A stretch of DNA of 64,000 nt from a bacterium (GTDB lineage: Bacteria; UBA8248). The stretch is from contig CBDBBI010000010.1 in the NCBI GenBank assembly GCA_965202625.1, forward strand, positions 1,152,001-1,216,000, read 5' to 3'. The position numbers were made by a program, and so were the translations under genes. Below the pieces are notes generated by a model. That model saw only the letters and a program-made list of their open reading frames with translations, was not told the DNA's origin and searched no databases. This document shows, piece by piece, positions 49,449-59,984 of this stretch; position 1 is the stretch's first letter; each line of letters starts with the position of its first letter.

Positions 49449-52073
49449 TTGCTCGAACCCCGTTACGACCCGAAAAGGGTTGAAGATCACTGGTATCGCG
49501 AATGGCTAAGGCGCGGATATTTCCGCGGCGTCCCCCGTGAGGACCAACACCCCTATTCCATCGTCATTCCGCCGCCCAACGTGACGGGCTCTCTTCACAT
49601 GGGCCACGCCCTGAACAACACCTTGCAAGACGTTCTCGTGCGCTGGAAGCGCATGAGCGGTTTCAGCGTTTGTTGGATGCCGGGCACTGACCATGCGGGC
49701 ATCGCCACCCAGAACGTTGTGGAGCGTCAGCTCACAGAGGAGAATCTCTCCCGAGAATCCTTGGGTCGCGAGAAATTCATCGAGCGCGTCTGGGACTGGA
49801 AGGCGGAGAGCGGCGGTGCCATCATTCACCAGCTCCATCGACTGGGCGCCTCGTGCGACTGGGAACGCGAGCGCTTCACCATGGACGAGGGACTCTCGCG
49901 CGCCGTGCGCGAAGCCTTCGTGAGGCTGTATGAGGAAGGGCTGATCTACCGCGGCGATTATCTCGTGAACTGGTGCCCGAGATGCGAGACGGCCGTTTCC
50001 GACCTGGAAGTCGAGCACGAAGAACAGGACGGTCATCTATGGAAATTCCACTATCCACTTTGGGATGGCCGGGATGGCGTCACCATCGCGACGACGCGCC
50101 CCGAGACCATGCTCGGCGACACAGCCGTGGCCGTTCATCCGGACGATGAGAGATACAAGCATATGGTGGGCGAAAATCTGCGCCTCCCGCTTCTGGACAG
50201 AAAAATTCCCCTTATCGCGGATTCCTTCGTGGACGCCAACTTCGGCTCCGGCGCAGTGAAGGTCACTCCGGCGCACGATCCAAGCGATTTTGAGGCTGCT
50301 CTCAGAAACGAACTCCCGCAGATCAACATCCTCACGCCGGATGCCAAAATCAACGAAAACGGAGGGCCTTACGCGGGTTTGGACAGGTTCGAAGCGCGCG
50401 ACCACATCGTCGAGCACATGGCGGAGCGAGGGTTGATGAGAGGGGTGGAAAACCATCGTCACGCCGTGGGCGGATGCTACCGCTGCGGCGCCGTGGTGGA
50501 GCCGTATCTCTCGAAGCAATGGTTCGTGCGCACGAAACCGCTGGCGGAGGAATCTATTCGCGCCGTGGAGGATGGACGCATCAAAATCGTTCCCAAACAA
50601 TGGGAGACTACTTATTTTGAATGGATGCGCAACATCCGCGACTGGTGTATCAGCCGTCAGATTTGGTGGGGTCACCAGATACCCGCTTGGCACAACGACG
50701 ATACCGGAGAGGTTATCGTCTCGCGCGAGGACATCGAAGATCGGAACCTCAGGCGCGAGACTGATGTGCTCGACACCTGGTTCAGCTCCGCCCTCTGGCC
50801 TTTTTCGACCTTCGGATGGCCGGATGCCAACCCTGACCTGAAATACTTTTACCCGACGTCTGTCCTTGTTACCGGGTTCGACATCATCTTCTTCTGGGTG
50901 GCGAGGATGATCATGACGGGACTCAAGTTTATGGACGACGTTCCCTTCCGAGACGTCTACATTCACGCCCTGGTGCGAGACGAACACGGGCAAAAAATGA
51001 GCAAGACGCGGGGAAACATCATCGATCCCTTAGAGATCATAGAGGAATTCGGAACGGACGCGCTCAGGTTCACGCTCACCGCCATGGCGGCCCAGGGACG
51101 CGACATTCGCCTGTCCGCGGAGCGCATTGCCGGATACCGGAATTTCTGCAACAAAATCTGGAACGCGGCCCGCTTCACCCTGATGAATCTGGGCGATCGC
51201 GTTCCGCTCATGCCCGAAAGAGAGGCACTATGCCTTGGAGACAGATGGATATTGAGCCGTCTGAACCGCCTCACGCGAGAGGTGGAGAAGGCGCTAGAGG
51301 AATACCGATTCAACGACGCTGCACTGGTGCTCTACCAGTTCACGTGGCATGAGCTGTGCGATTGGTACCTCGAAGTGGTCAAAGCCGTCCTCGACTCGGA
51401 GGATCGCGGCGACGTCAGTCGCGCGGTCCTCGCCGAGGTTCTGGAACGTACGCTTCGCCTCCTCCACCCGATCATCCCCTTCATCACCGAGGAAATATGG
51501 CAAAAACTTCCGAATCGCGTTGGGGAAAGCGTCATGGTGACCGAATGGCCGAAATGCGAAGACGATTGGGACGACCCCGAGGCAGAGGAGGAATTCGGCG
51601 CCTTGATGGACATGATTGGCGCTGTGAGGAACGTTCGGGGAGAGTTGAACATCTCGCCCAATAAGGAAGTGGAGGCGCATATTCAGGTCAGCGACCCGGA
51701 GAAAGAGTTACTCATCATTCGAGAGTCCGAATGGATAAGAAGCCTGGCGAGAATCTCGCCTGATTGGAAGGTCGGCCCCAACGTGAAACGGCCCAGGGCG
51801 TCAGCCGCCGCCGTTTCCGGCAGCCTTCAAGTGTTCGTCCCCATCAGTGGACTCATTGGCAATCCGGAAGAAGAAGTCAAACGTCTCAACAAACAAATCC
51901 TGGACGCAAACGACACCGTATCAACCCTTGAGAGAAAACTCGCCAATACCTCCTTCATAGAACGCGCGCCCGCCAAAATCGTGGAAAAAGACAAAACCCG
52001 TTTGCGTGAGGCCCAAGATCGCGTGAGCAAACTCCGCGAGAGTGCAGACCGCATATCAGAACTTCAAACCTAG
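49449..52073 (+). CDS. valS: Valine--tRNA ligase
   Basis: PPPNVTGSLHMGH, DWCISRQ, KMSKT, C-terminal coiled coil. Confidence 0.98.
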   Translation: MLEPRYDPKRVEDHWYREWLRRGYFRGVPREDQHPYSIVIPPPNVTGSLHMGHALNNTLQDVLVRWKRMSGFSVCWMPGTDHAGIATQNVVERQLTEENLSRESLGREKFIERVWDWKAESGGAIIHQLHRLGASCDWERERFTMDEGLSRAVREAFVRLYEEGLIYRGDYLVNWCPRCETAVSDLEVEHEEQDGHLWKFHYPLWDGRDGVTIATTRPETMLGDTAVAVHPDDERYKHMVGENLRLPLLDRKIPLIADSFVDANFGSGAVKVTPAHDPSDFEAALRNELPQINILTPDAKINENGGPYAGLDRFEARDHIVEHMAERGLMRGVENHRHAVGGCYRCGAVVEPYLSKQWFVRTKPLAEESIRAVEDGRIKIVPKQWETTYFEWMRNIRDWCISRQIWWGHQIPAWHNDDTGEVIVSREDIEDRNLRRETDVLDTWFSSALWPFSTFGWPDANPDLKYFYPTSVLVTGFDIIFFWVARMIMTGLKFMDDVPFRDVYIHALVRDEHGQKMSKTRGNIIDPLEIIEEFGTDALRFTLTAMAAQGRDIRLSAERIAGYRNFCNKIWNAARFTLMNLGDRVPLMPEREALCLGDRWILSRLNRLTREVEKALEEYRFNDAALVLYQFTWHELCDWYLEVVKAVLDSEDRGDVSRAVLAEVLERTLRLLHPIIPFITEEIWQKLPNRVGESVMVTEWPKCEDDWDDPEAEEEFGALMDMIGAVRNVRGELNISPNKEVEAHIQVSDPEKELLIIRESEWIRSLARISPDWKVGPNVKRPRASAAAVSGSLQVFVPISGLIGNPEEEVKRLNKQILDANDTVSTLERKLANTSFIERAPAKIVEKDKTRLREAQDRVSKLRESADRISELQT

Positions 52074-52841
52074 ATGCGCCCTACCCGCGCGCGCCGGGAG
52101 GGACTGAACTGGCGCATCGAAACGATCCTGGAGACGACCTCCACCAACGATTTGATTTTGCGCAGGGCGCGAGAAGACGAGGCCGAGGGTCTCGTCATAC
52201 GAGCGATATCCCAGACCAGGGGTAAAGGAAGACGGGGTCGCTCCTGGTTTTCTCCCCCAGGAGAGGGGTTGTATTTCTCAATGTTGCTTCGCCCAAATCG
52301 CAACGCCGAAACCCTATCCGCCGTGACGCTCGTCGCCGGCGTGGGCGTTGCAGAGGGGTTAAGAGAAGCGACGGGCTGTCCCGTCATGCTGAAATGGCCG
52401 AACGATTTGAGGGCGCGAGGAAAAAAAATCGGTGGAATCTTGTGTGAGTTCACCTCTATTCCAGGCGCGCACCCCTCCATCGTCGCAGGCGTGGGGATCA
52501 ATCTCACGACGAGGGAAATCGACTTTCCGCCCGAGCTGCGCGCCCTCGCCTCCTCCATCCTTCTATCGGGAGGGAGGACACCCGACGCGGAGAATCTGCT
52601 CTCCCTCCTTCTGGACCACGTCGCTTTCTGGTACAAGAAATATGTATCAAGCGGCTTTGGCGCCGTTCAAACTCGCTGGCTTCATCTGTGCGATCATCTA
52701 GGTCAGAGAACGTCCGTTCGCGGCGCGGACGAGAAGATCGACGGAACAACCAAGGGCATTGACGAGGCGGGCCGCCTGTTGATCGAGCGCGCCGATGGGT
52801 CAATCGAGAGAATAGTCTTCGGCGAGCTGGAACTCCCATGA
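52074..52841 (+). CDS. birA: Biotin--protein ligase (no HTH)
   Basis: STND, QTRGKGRRGRSW, KWPND, KKIGGIL. Confidence 0.94.
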   Translation: MRPTRARREGLNWRIETILETTSTNDLILRRAREDEAEGLVIRAISQTRGKGRRGRSWFSPPGEGLYFSMLLRPNRNAETLSAVTLVAGVGVAEGLREATGCPVMLKWPNDLRARGKKIGGILCEFTSIPGAHPSIVAGVGINLTTREIDFPPELRALASSILLSGGRTPDAENLLSLLLDHVAFWYKKYVSSGFGAVQTRWLHLCDHLGQRTSVRGADEKIDGTTKGIDEAGRLLIERADGSIERIVFGELELP

Positions 52842-53617
52842 GCGAAGATTCCCTCCTGCTGGCCATTGACGTGGGCAACACGCAAACCGTAGTGGGGCTT
52901 TTCGACGAGGAGGCGTTAATCGCTAGCTGGAGGCTCGGCTCCGTGGCCCGCCGCACAACGGATGAGTTGGCCATCCTCATGGAGGGCCTGTTCCGTGTCG
53001 GGGAGCACCAGATCTCGGATGTGGCTCGCGTGGTCATCGCAAGCGTCGTTCCACCCTTGGGGCCAACCCTAGAGGAGATGGCAAAACGCTATTTCGGCGC
53101 GAAGCCACTGGTCATCGGCCCAGGAACGCGTACGGGAATAGCGATTAAATACGAGAATCCTAACGAGGTGGGCGCGGACCGAATCGTCAACACCGTCGCC
53201 GGCCACCACCTATACGGTGGGCCTTTGATTATCGCGGACTTTGGAACGGCCATCACCTTCGACGCAGTATCCTCCGACGGAGAATACCTAGGCGGGGCCA
53301 TCGCGCCCGGACTAGGTATCGCACTAGAGGCGCTCATCGACAAAACGGCCCGGCTTCCCAGGGTCGAAGCCGCCGTCCCCCCCTCAGTCATCGGGAGAAA
53401 CACGGTCCACAGCATTCAATCCGGTATCGCGTACGGGTATCAAGGACTGGTAAGGGAAATCGTCAATCGCATGAAAGCCGAACTCGGAAAAGAGACGAAA
53501 GTGATCGCAACGGGCGGGCAAAGCTTGGGTTTTGATGCGAGAGGGGAGGTTTTCGATGTGGTCAACCCCGACCTGACCCTTTTCGGGCTTCGCCTGCTCG
53601 CCGCGCGAAATATGTGA
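52838..53617 (+). CDS. coaX: Type III pantothenate kinase
   Basis: DVGNT, SVVP, GADR, DFGTA, GGAIAPG, ATGG. Confidence 0.95.
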   Translation: MSEDSLLLAIDVGNTQTVVGLFDEEALIASWRLGSVARRTTDELAILMEGLFRVGEHQISDVARVVIASVVPPLGPTLEEMAKRYFGAKPLVIGPGTRTGIAIKYENPNEVGADRIVNTVAGHHLYGGPLIIADFGTAITFDAVSSDGEYLGGAIAPGLGIALEALIDKTARLPRVEAAVPPSVIGRNTVHSIQSGIAYGYQGLVREIVNRMKAELGKETKVIATGGQSLGFDARGEVFDVVNPDLTLFGLRLLAARNM

Positions 53618-53808
53618 GGCGAGCGCGAGCGCGCCCACTCAAAAGTCCGCTATCCTGGATATTCTGTGGTCTCCTTTCCGTCGTATGAAAGAGCGAGGGG
53701 ACATCCAGCATGGTGTCCATCGGCGACAAAAAGGGAGAAGACATCGACGCACTCCTCCTGCCTTTGGCGCACTCCGCCAAAAAACCACCACCATTCCACA
53801 CAAACAGC

Positions 53809-54168
53809 CTATTGAAACGCATCGCACAACAGTTTTTTGACTTTCGGCCCCTCTCCCGCCTCCGCTTCGAGCAGCACAACGTCGAAGCGGCAAGCAGAAT
53901 TCAGTTCCTGCGGGTGGGCTATCAGATAGTGTTGCGCAGCTTGGGTGATTCTTCGCTGTTTTTCCCAATTGACGGCCTCCGCGCCGCTTGGGGACTGCCC
54001 CGTCGAGCGGGTCTTCACCTCAATGAACGACAGAATCTCGCCATCGCGCGCGATGATGTCCACCTCATAGCGCGCGCCGCGATAATTTCGCTCCAGGATC
54101 TCGTATCCACGGCGGCGCAAGAATTTAACGGCCGCATCCTCTCCGAGTTTTCCGCTCGCCCGGCTCAC
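53809..54168 (-). CDS. yraN: YraN family endonuclease-like protein
   Basis: GEDAA...ERNYR...EVDII...FIEVKTR...RFDVV. Confidence 0.92.
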   Translation of the reverse strand: MSRASGKLGEDAAVKFLRRRGYEILERNYRGARYEVDIIARDGEILSFIEVKTRSTGQSPSGAEAVNWEKQRRITQAAQHYLIAHPQELNSACRFDVVLLEAEAGEGPKVKKLLCDAFQ

Positions 54169-54175
54169 GACGTCC

Positions 54176-54778
54176 TCACGTCCCGGCCCCCGCCGGCACT
54201 CCCCTGAAGGTTCGCCGATGAATGCGACAGGGGCCGCGTCTTCCCAGAGCAGCGAGATGTTCCCGCGTGGGGTATCCCTTGTGCTTGCTGAATCCATAAC
54301 CGGGAAAGCGCGCGTCCATCCGCGCCATCACCCGATCTCGATACACCTTGGCGACCACGCTTGCCGCCGCGATGCAGGCGCACCGCGCATCCCCCTTCAC
54401 TAGGGGAGTTTGCGGCAGCGACGCCGGAATTTTTTTGTTTCCATCAACGAGGACGTGGGCGGGCGCGAGCGGCAGCCTTTCGACGGCAGTCGCCATCGCG
54501 CGCAACGAGGCTTGCAGGATGTTGATTCGTTCGATCTCTCGCGGGCCGACCGCCGCTAGGGCGACGGCACGCGCCTTGGCAAGAATTTCGTGTAACAGAG
54601 CCTCCCTATCGGATGGGGACAGCTTTTTACTATCATCCAACCCACGTAGCGGATTCTCCGGGTCGAGCACCACGGCAGCGGCCACGACCGGACCCGCTAG
54701 GGGGCCGCGCCCGGCCTCATCTACACCCGCGACGCTCGAGGCACCCTCATTTGAGAGCGCAATCTCTATCGAATACAT
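54176..54778 (-). CDS. rnhB: Ribonuclease HII
   Basis: GVDEAGRGPLAGPV, DSKKL, VDGN, IAAASVVAKV, HKGYPT. Confidence 0.96.
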   Translation of the reverse strand: MYSIEIALSNEGASSVAGVDEAGRGPLAGPVVAAAVVLDPENPLRGLDDSKKLSPSDREALLHEILAKARAVALAAVGPREIERINILQASLRAMATAVERLPLAPAHVLVDGNKKIPASLPQTPLVKGDARCACIAAASVVAKVYRDRVMARMDARFPGYGFSKHKGYPTREHLAALGRRGPCRIHRRTFRGVPAGAGT

Positions 54779-54916
54779 GAAAAACCCTAAGGGGTGATGG
54801 ACTTTCCTAATATAGCGATATATCCGGAAGTTCTCAATGGGAGGCGCCGCCATCCGACTTGGGAAATGAATGAGAATTTGAGAAGATAGGGGATTCCTTA
54901 AACTGGAGAAAATACG

Positions 54917-55906
54917 TTGGCCAGAACCAGGATATTTCGCAAAGATCACCTCATTGATTCCCACGACGAAGGCGTCAAGCTGCACCTGAGGGAGAAAAAG
55001 CCCCGCGGAATGGAAAAAACGCAAACCGCGACCACCTTGCTCATGGTCCACGGGCAAAGCACTCCGTCTCCGGTCGCTTTCGACCTCCCGCTTCGGGGCT
55101 ACTCTTGGATGGATTTCGTCGCCAGCCGGGGGTTTCACGTCTACGCCCTCTCCATTCGAGGGTACGGCCCTTCTACGCGACCCCCCGAAATGCGGACAAG
55201 CCCCGCCAACCAGCCTCCTGCTGTGAGAGGACTCACTGCGGTGCGGGACATTGACGCCGCAGTGCGGTTCATTTGCGAGGAAAACGCCATCACGAAGCTA
55301 AACCTCCTCGGCTGGTCATGGGGCACCACGACCACAGCCGCCTTCACCGCCGCAAAACAGTCTCGCGTCCGCCGCCTTGCGCTTTACGCCCCGTTTTATG
55401 CGTATGACGACCCCAAGGCGGCTGTGCTTTGGGAAGACCCCGCGCGGCCCGGTCGCTGGAACCCTCGAAGCGGAGCCTGGCGTTGGGTCACGGAAAACTA
55501 CCAGAGAGAGCGCTGGGACGGGAGCATCCCCAAGGGGCGACACGCAAAATGGAGAACCGAGAGGGCGATCAAGCGATTTTGGGCGGAACAACTGAAGTTC
55601 GACGCAGAAGGCAGACACAGAAAAATTCCCGCTGTCCGCGTCCCCAATGGCGCGATGGCGGACGCCTATGATCGCGCGCGGAACAAACCCCTCTATGACG
55701 CCCGCAAAATCACCTGTCCAGTCTTGACCATCCGGGGAGACCACGACCGAAGCTCCACCGACCCCATATTCGCCGGCGTGTATCGCGCGCTGATAAACAG
55801 CCGGGGCAAACGCTCCGTGGTCTTGGGAGACGCCACGCATTTCGCCCAGTATGAATGGAGCCGCGATGCTTTATATGGCGAGGTACAGAATTTCCTGGAG
55901 GGCTAG
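54917..55906 (+). CDS. Alpha/beta fold hydrolase
   Basis: VHG, RGYGPS, GWSWG nucleophile elbow, GDHD, ATHF. Confidence 0.88.
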   Translation: MARTRIFRKDHLIDSHDEGVKLHLREKKPRGMEKTQTATTLLMVHGQSTPSPVAFDLPLRGYSWMDFVASRGFHVYALSIRGYGPSTRPPEMRTSPANQPPAVRGLTAVRDIDAAVRFICEENAITKLNLLGWSWGTTTTAAFTAAKQSRVRRLALYAPFYAYDDPKAAVLWEDPARPGRWNPRSGAWRWVTENYQRERWDGSIPKGRHAKWRTERAIKRFWAEQLKFDAEGRHRKIPAVRVPNGAMADAYDRARNKPLYDARKITCPVLTIRGDHDRSSTDPIFAGVYRALINSRGKRSVVLGDATHFAQYEWSRDALYGEVQNFLEG

Positions 55907-55937
55907 GCGGAGGAAAGGAAAAACCCGCTCGCGCCTC

Positions 55938-56321
55938 TTAGGGCGACGATTTCGCCGCCTTCTTCGCCTTCTTACCTTCTGCGCGGCGTTCTTTCACCTG
56001 GGCCGCCTTGCCCTTGCGCTCTCGTAAGTAGTAGAGCTTCGCACGACGCACGCGACCCTTGCGGGTGACCTCTATTTTGTCGATCCTCGGCGAATGCACC
56101 GGAAATATACGCTCTACACCAATTCCATACGAGATCTTGCGAACGCGAAATCTCTCGCGCAACCCGCCGCCCTGCCTTCCGATGACGACACCCTCGAACA
56201 CCTGAACACGCTCCTTCTCACCCTCCACAATTTTTACGTGAACGCGCACCCTGTCACCCGGGTCAAACTGGGAGACGTCCTTGCGCATGCCTTCGCGCTC
56301 AATCTTGTCGACAATGTTCAC
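55938..56321 (-). CDS. rplS: 50S ribosomal protein L19
   Basis: [40 protein letters not shown]. Confidence 0.97.
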   Translation of the reverse strand: MNIVDKIEREGMRKDVSQFDPGDRVRVHVKIVEGEKERVQVFEGVVIGRQGGGLRERFRVRKISYGIGVERIFPVHSPRIDKIEVTRKGRVRRAKLYYLRERKGKAAQVKERRAEGKKAKKAAKSSP

Positions 56322-56359
56322 CCGCTCGCTCCCTTTCCGGAAAATGCCAGCATAATACC

Positions 56360-56933
56360 CGTCTCTCACCCAGAATGCGATCCACGACAACCGCCGCCGC
56401 GCATCAAACCGACAGATGGTTGAACCCCATATCCGTTTCCGCCCACACGGGCGTCAATATCATGTCCGACATCTTAAAAACCTCCTCCGCCAAGCCCCAG
56501 CCCGTGCCGAACAAGATGACGATCGGGGTTTCCGCCCCCTTGACTTCACGGATGGCATGATCATATATAATGGCCTGCCACGTTCGCCTGGACGTCGTCA
56601 CTGCGCATAGCGGCCTTCGAGACTCCTTCAGTTCGACTGCCTCGGCAAGCGCGTCCAAAGAGCGCAAAACCGCCAGAAACTCGAGCGTCTCGCCTCTTTG
56701 AGGGCGCAACTTACGGCCCGGACCCTCCACGAAATGGGCTATCACCCGGCGGACAAAAGCCCGCTGGGCAGCGCATTAATAGATTAATGTATCACAAATA
56801 CGCCCGATACGCCATAGGGGCGGCCCACGCGGGAGAGGTCGTGCAAATCCAGGCTCCTGACGGAGGAGGTCACGAAGCGATCCACACGATCGAGGACAGG
56901 ATAATGAATCAGCGCGAGATAGACGTTGCCCAA
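56360..56933 (-). pseudogene. TrmD-associated SPOUT RNA methyltransferase (DUF2168-type) pseudogene
   Basis: VYLALIHYPV...LDLHDLSR..YGV then TAA and a frameshift; LFGTGWGL; [17 protein letters not shown] (premature TGA). Confidence 0.85.
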
Positions 56934-56953
56934 CGTCTGGCTTCCTCCCTGGG

Positions 56954-57676
56954 CTAGAGCGATTCCAACAAGTGCAAATCCTCATCGCTCAATTCGACCC
57001 GCGCCAGGAGATCGCCTCGTCTTTCCCGCGTTCTTTTGAGTGCCTCCCCTCTCCTCCAAAGCCGGATGGCCTCATGATCGCCGGACAAAAGCACATCCGG
57101 CGCGCGGATTTCCTCGAACTCCGCCGGTCGTGTGTAGTGTGGATGATCGAGCAGGCGATCGGCGAAGCTGTCCTGGGCGGCTGAAGCGTCGTTGCCCAAA
57201 ACACCGGGGAGGAGCCTGCCGACAGCGTCCATGACAACCATGGACGGAATCTCCCCGCCCGATAGAACGTAATCTCCGATGGAAATTTCCTCATCCACGC
57301 ACAATTCACTCACCCTCTCATCCACACCCTCATATCGACCGCAGATGAGAAGCAGACTGGATGCCTTCGAGAACCTGAGGGCGGTTTTTTGATCGAACAA
57401 ACGCCCTTGGGGACTGAACAGGACTTTCAGCGGCTCGGCTTCCGCCTCCTCTCGAATCGCCTGAACTCCTCTGAATATCGGCTCGGGCTTCATGACCATG
57501 CCCACCCCGCCGCCAAACGGGGCATCGTCAGTTTGCCGATATTTTCCCTTGGCGAAATCTCGCAGGTTCCAGACCTTGAGCTCCAAAAGACCCGTGCGCA
57601 TCGCGCGTCCCACGACGCCCTCCCTAAACGCCTCCTCCACCATATGCGGGAGCACGGAAAGAACATCGATGCGCAT
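56954..57676 (-). CDS. trmD: tRNA (guanine37-N1)-methyltransferase
   Basis: DDAPFGGG, CGRYEGVDER, SIGDYVLSGGE, PHYTRP. Confidence 0.97.
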   Translation of the reverse strand: MRIDVLSVLPHMVEEAFREGVVGRAMRTGLLELKVWNLRDFAKGKYRQTDDAPFGGGVGMVMKPEPIFRGVQAIREEAEAEPLKVLFSPQGRLFDQKTALRFSKASSLLLICGRYEGVDERVSELCVDEEISIGDYVLSGGEIPSMVVMDAVGRLLPGVLGNDASAAQDSFADRLLDHPHYTRPAEFEEIRAPDVLLSGDHEAIRLWRRGEALKRTRERRGDLLARVELSDEDLHLLESL

Positions 57677-57685
57677 GAAAACCCC

Positions 57686-58180
57686 TCAATCCTCGTCAGC
57701 ACACTTGGGAGGGCGAAAAATCCAGTGCTCATCTTCGCACCTGAGCACGACCTCACGCGTCGCAGGGGCGAGTAACTCCCCTCCCCCGGGTGCGCGTATG
57801 ACAAGGACGTCGTTTCCACCTGCGCCGAACATGTCCACCACCTGGCCGAGAAGGTTCCCCTCCTCGTCCAGGATTTCGCGGCCCTCGAAATCCTCGAAAT
57901 AGAAAACCCCCTTGTTAGGACCATCCAGGAATTTCCTATCCGCCAGGAATATAGTCCCCCTCAGCGATTCAGCATCCTCTGAGGTATCAATTCCCACAAA
58001 CTTCCAGACGATGGCCCCCTTGCCCCCCCGATGGAAAGCCTCTATCCCAAATCTTTTGCATGTCTCCGTCTTGGAGGCCACCTCGCTGATTCGCCCGTAA
58101 ACGTCAACGTCATCAAGCCAAGGCTCTACCCGAACCGCCCCCTTGAGACCGTGCGGCTTCAAACCGATGCCCACGGCCAC
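57686..58180 (-). CDS. rimM: 16S rRNA processing protein RimM
   Basis: KPHGLKG, AESLRG, GAGGNDVL; between rpsP and trmD. Start uncertain. Confidence 0.88.
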   Translation of the reverse strand: MAVGIGLKPHGLKGAVRVEPWLDDVDVYGRISEVASKTETCKRFGIEAFHRGGKGAIVWKFVGIDTSEDAESLRGTIFLADRKFLDGPNKGVFYFEDFEGREILDEEGNLLGQVVDMFGAGGNDVLVIRAPGGGELLAPATREVVLRCEDEHWIFRPPKCADED

Positions 58181-58202
58181 CGCGTCGGTCCATCGGACGG
58201 CC

Positions 58203-58463
58203 CTAATCGTTGACGTCCGCCTTGCGCCTTGCCGCTTGATCCAGGAGGTTCTTCACCGTCCGGGTAGGAATCGCGCCTTTATCCATCCAGATATTGGCCC
58301 GCTCTAGGTCGATGCTAATAAAGGCCGGATCCTGGGAGGGATCGTAGCGCCCGATGCTCTCAATGAAGCGGCCATCGCGAGGCATGTGCTCATCCTGGAC
58401 GACGACGCGGTAGCGCGGTGCCTTTTTCATGCCGCCCCGGGCAAGTCTGATTTTTACGCTCAA
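58203..58463 (-). CDS. rpsP: 30S ribosomal protein S16
   Basis: VKIRLAR, YRVVV, PRDGRFIE, GRYDP. Confidence 0.96.
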   Translation of the reverse strand: MSVKIRLARGGMKKAPRYRVVVQDEHMPRDGRFIESIGRYDPSQDPAFISIDLERANIWMDKGAIPTRTVKNLLDQAARRKADVND

Positions 58464-58474
58464 AACATCTCTCC

Positions 58475-59809
58475 TTAAAAGTGAAGCATTTGACGCATTC
58501 TCTGCATCTGTTTTTTCTTGCCACCCTTGGAAAACTGCTTCATTAGCCTCTGCGTTTGTGCGAACTGCTTGAGCAGACGATTCACGTCCTGCACCCGGGT
58601 TCCGCTCCCGGCCGCGATACGCTTTCTGCGGCTGCCCTTGATGATCTCAGGCTTCACCCGCTCAAGGAGCGTCATTGAATCAATGATGGCCACCGTGCGC
58701 GAGATCTCCGCCTCGTCAACGTCCACGTCGGGCATCTTGCTTCTCAGACCCGGGATCATGGACATGACCTCCCCAATGGAACCCATTTTTCTCATCTGAA
58801 CGATCTGCTCTTTCATCGTCTCCAGGGTGAACGCGCCTCCGCCGAGAGATTCGGCCATGGACTTCGCGTCTTCGGCAGAGACGGCGGCTTCCGCCTTCTT
58901 GATAAGGGACACGACGTCCCCCATACCCAGAATGCGTGAGGCCATCCTCTCAGGATGAAAATCCTCCAGCGCGTCGAGCTTCTCCCCCACGCCGACCATC
59001 TTGACGGGCAGGCCCGTCACCGAGCGAAGCGAAAGGGCACTCCCCCCCCTGGCGTCGCCGTCGAGTTTCGTCAGCACGACGCCCGTCACCCCGATGCGTT
59101 CAGAAAACGTCCGTCCGATGTTGACTGCTTCCTGGCCTGTCATGGCGTCGGCCACAAAAAGAACCTCCTCCGGCCGCGCCGCCTCCTTCATCCGCTTCAA
59201 CTCATCCATCAACCCATCATCGACGTGCAGCCTGCCCGCGCTGTCGAGGATGCAATAATCAAAATGCTCCAGTCTGGCTCGCTCGATTGCTCCTTGGACA
59301 ATCTCTACAGGACTCGACGACCCCTTGGCATCAAACGAATCGACGCCGGCCTGCTCAGCCAGCCTATCGAGTTGAGCGATGGCTGCCGGTCGCGCGACGT
59401 CCGCCGATACCAAAAGAACGCGCAACCCCTTGTTCCTCAACTTCAGGGCAACCTTGCCCGCCGTCGTCGTCTTTCCTGAACCCTGGAGGCCGATGAGCAT
59501 CAACGTGGTGACGCCGCGCGCCGCGCGCTCAAGCGGAGCGTTCTTGGTCCCCATGAGTTCCGTCAGACGCTTTTGGACGGCCTTGACGACCTGCTGAGAG
59601 GGGTCAAGGTGGGCCGCGCGCTCCACCCCCACGAGATCTTCTCGAATTTTGGTCGTCAGTTCCTTGGCGACCTTGAAATTCACGTCCGCCTCGAGAAGCG
59701 CCAGGCGAATCTCCCGTAGAGTCGAGTCGACCTGCTTTTCTACCAGAACGCCACGGCTCCTCAAGTCCTTGAAGATCCCGCCCAGGCGCTCTTTCAAACC
59801 ATCGAACAT
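58475..59809 (-). CDS. ffh: Signal recognition particle protein
   Basis: LLEADV, GLQGSGKTT, DSAGR, TKLDGDARGG, M domain. Confidence 0.97.
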   Translation of the reverse strand: MFDGLKERLGGIFKDLRSRGVLVEKQVDSTLREIRLALLEADVNFKVAKELTTKIREDLVGVERAAHLDPSQQVVKAVQKRLTELMGTKNAPLERAARGVTTLMLIGLQGSGKTTTAGKVALKLRNKGLRVLLVSADVARPAAIAQLDRLAEQAGVDSFDAKGSSSPVEIVQGAIERARLEHFDYCILDSAGRLHVDDGLMDELKRMKEAARPEEVLFVADAMTGQEAVNIGRTFSERIGVTGVVLTKLDGDARGGSALSLRSVTGLPVKMVGVGEKLDALEDFHPERMASRILGMGDVVSLIKKAEAAVSAEDAKSMAESLGGGAFTLETMKEQIVQMRKMGSIGEVMSMIPGLRSKMPDVDVDEAEISRTVAIIDSMTLLERVKPEIIKGSRRKRIAAGSGTRVQDVNRLLKQFAQTQRLMKQFSKGGKKKQMQRMRQMLHF

Positions 59810-59879
59810 CGCACACCCAACTTTTTCACATTCAATATGTTTTGCGTTCCCGTCCGCAAAGGAGAGCTAATCAGTGAAA

Positions 59880-59909
59880 TTTATAAGGATTTTGTATGAC
59901 GAGTGTCAA
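59880..59909 (-). promoter_or_regulatory. ffh promoter candidate
   Basis: TTGACA-18 bp-TATAAA on the minus strand. Confidence 0.55.
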
Positions 59910-59984
59910 CCGGGGACAGATTGTTCGGCCATCCCGTTCAAAGGGCGCGGCAGGGCGCAAAACAAGACTTGCGCGCCAAAACGC

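Noticed and set aside
56404-56406. In-frame UGA followed by Cys in the RNA methyltransferase as a third Sec codon
   Set aside because: The position corresponds to the conserved Arg of NHLSVR (CGA>TGA), and the gene has an independent stop and frameshift upstream.
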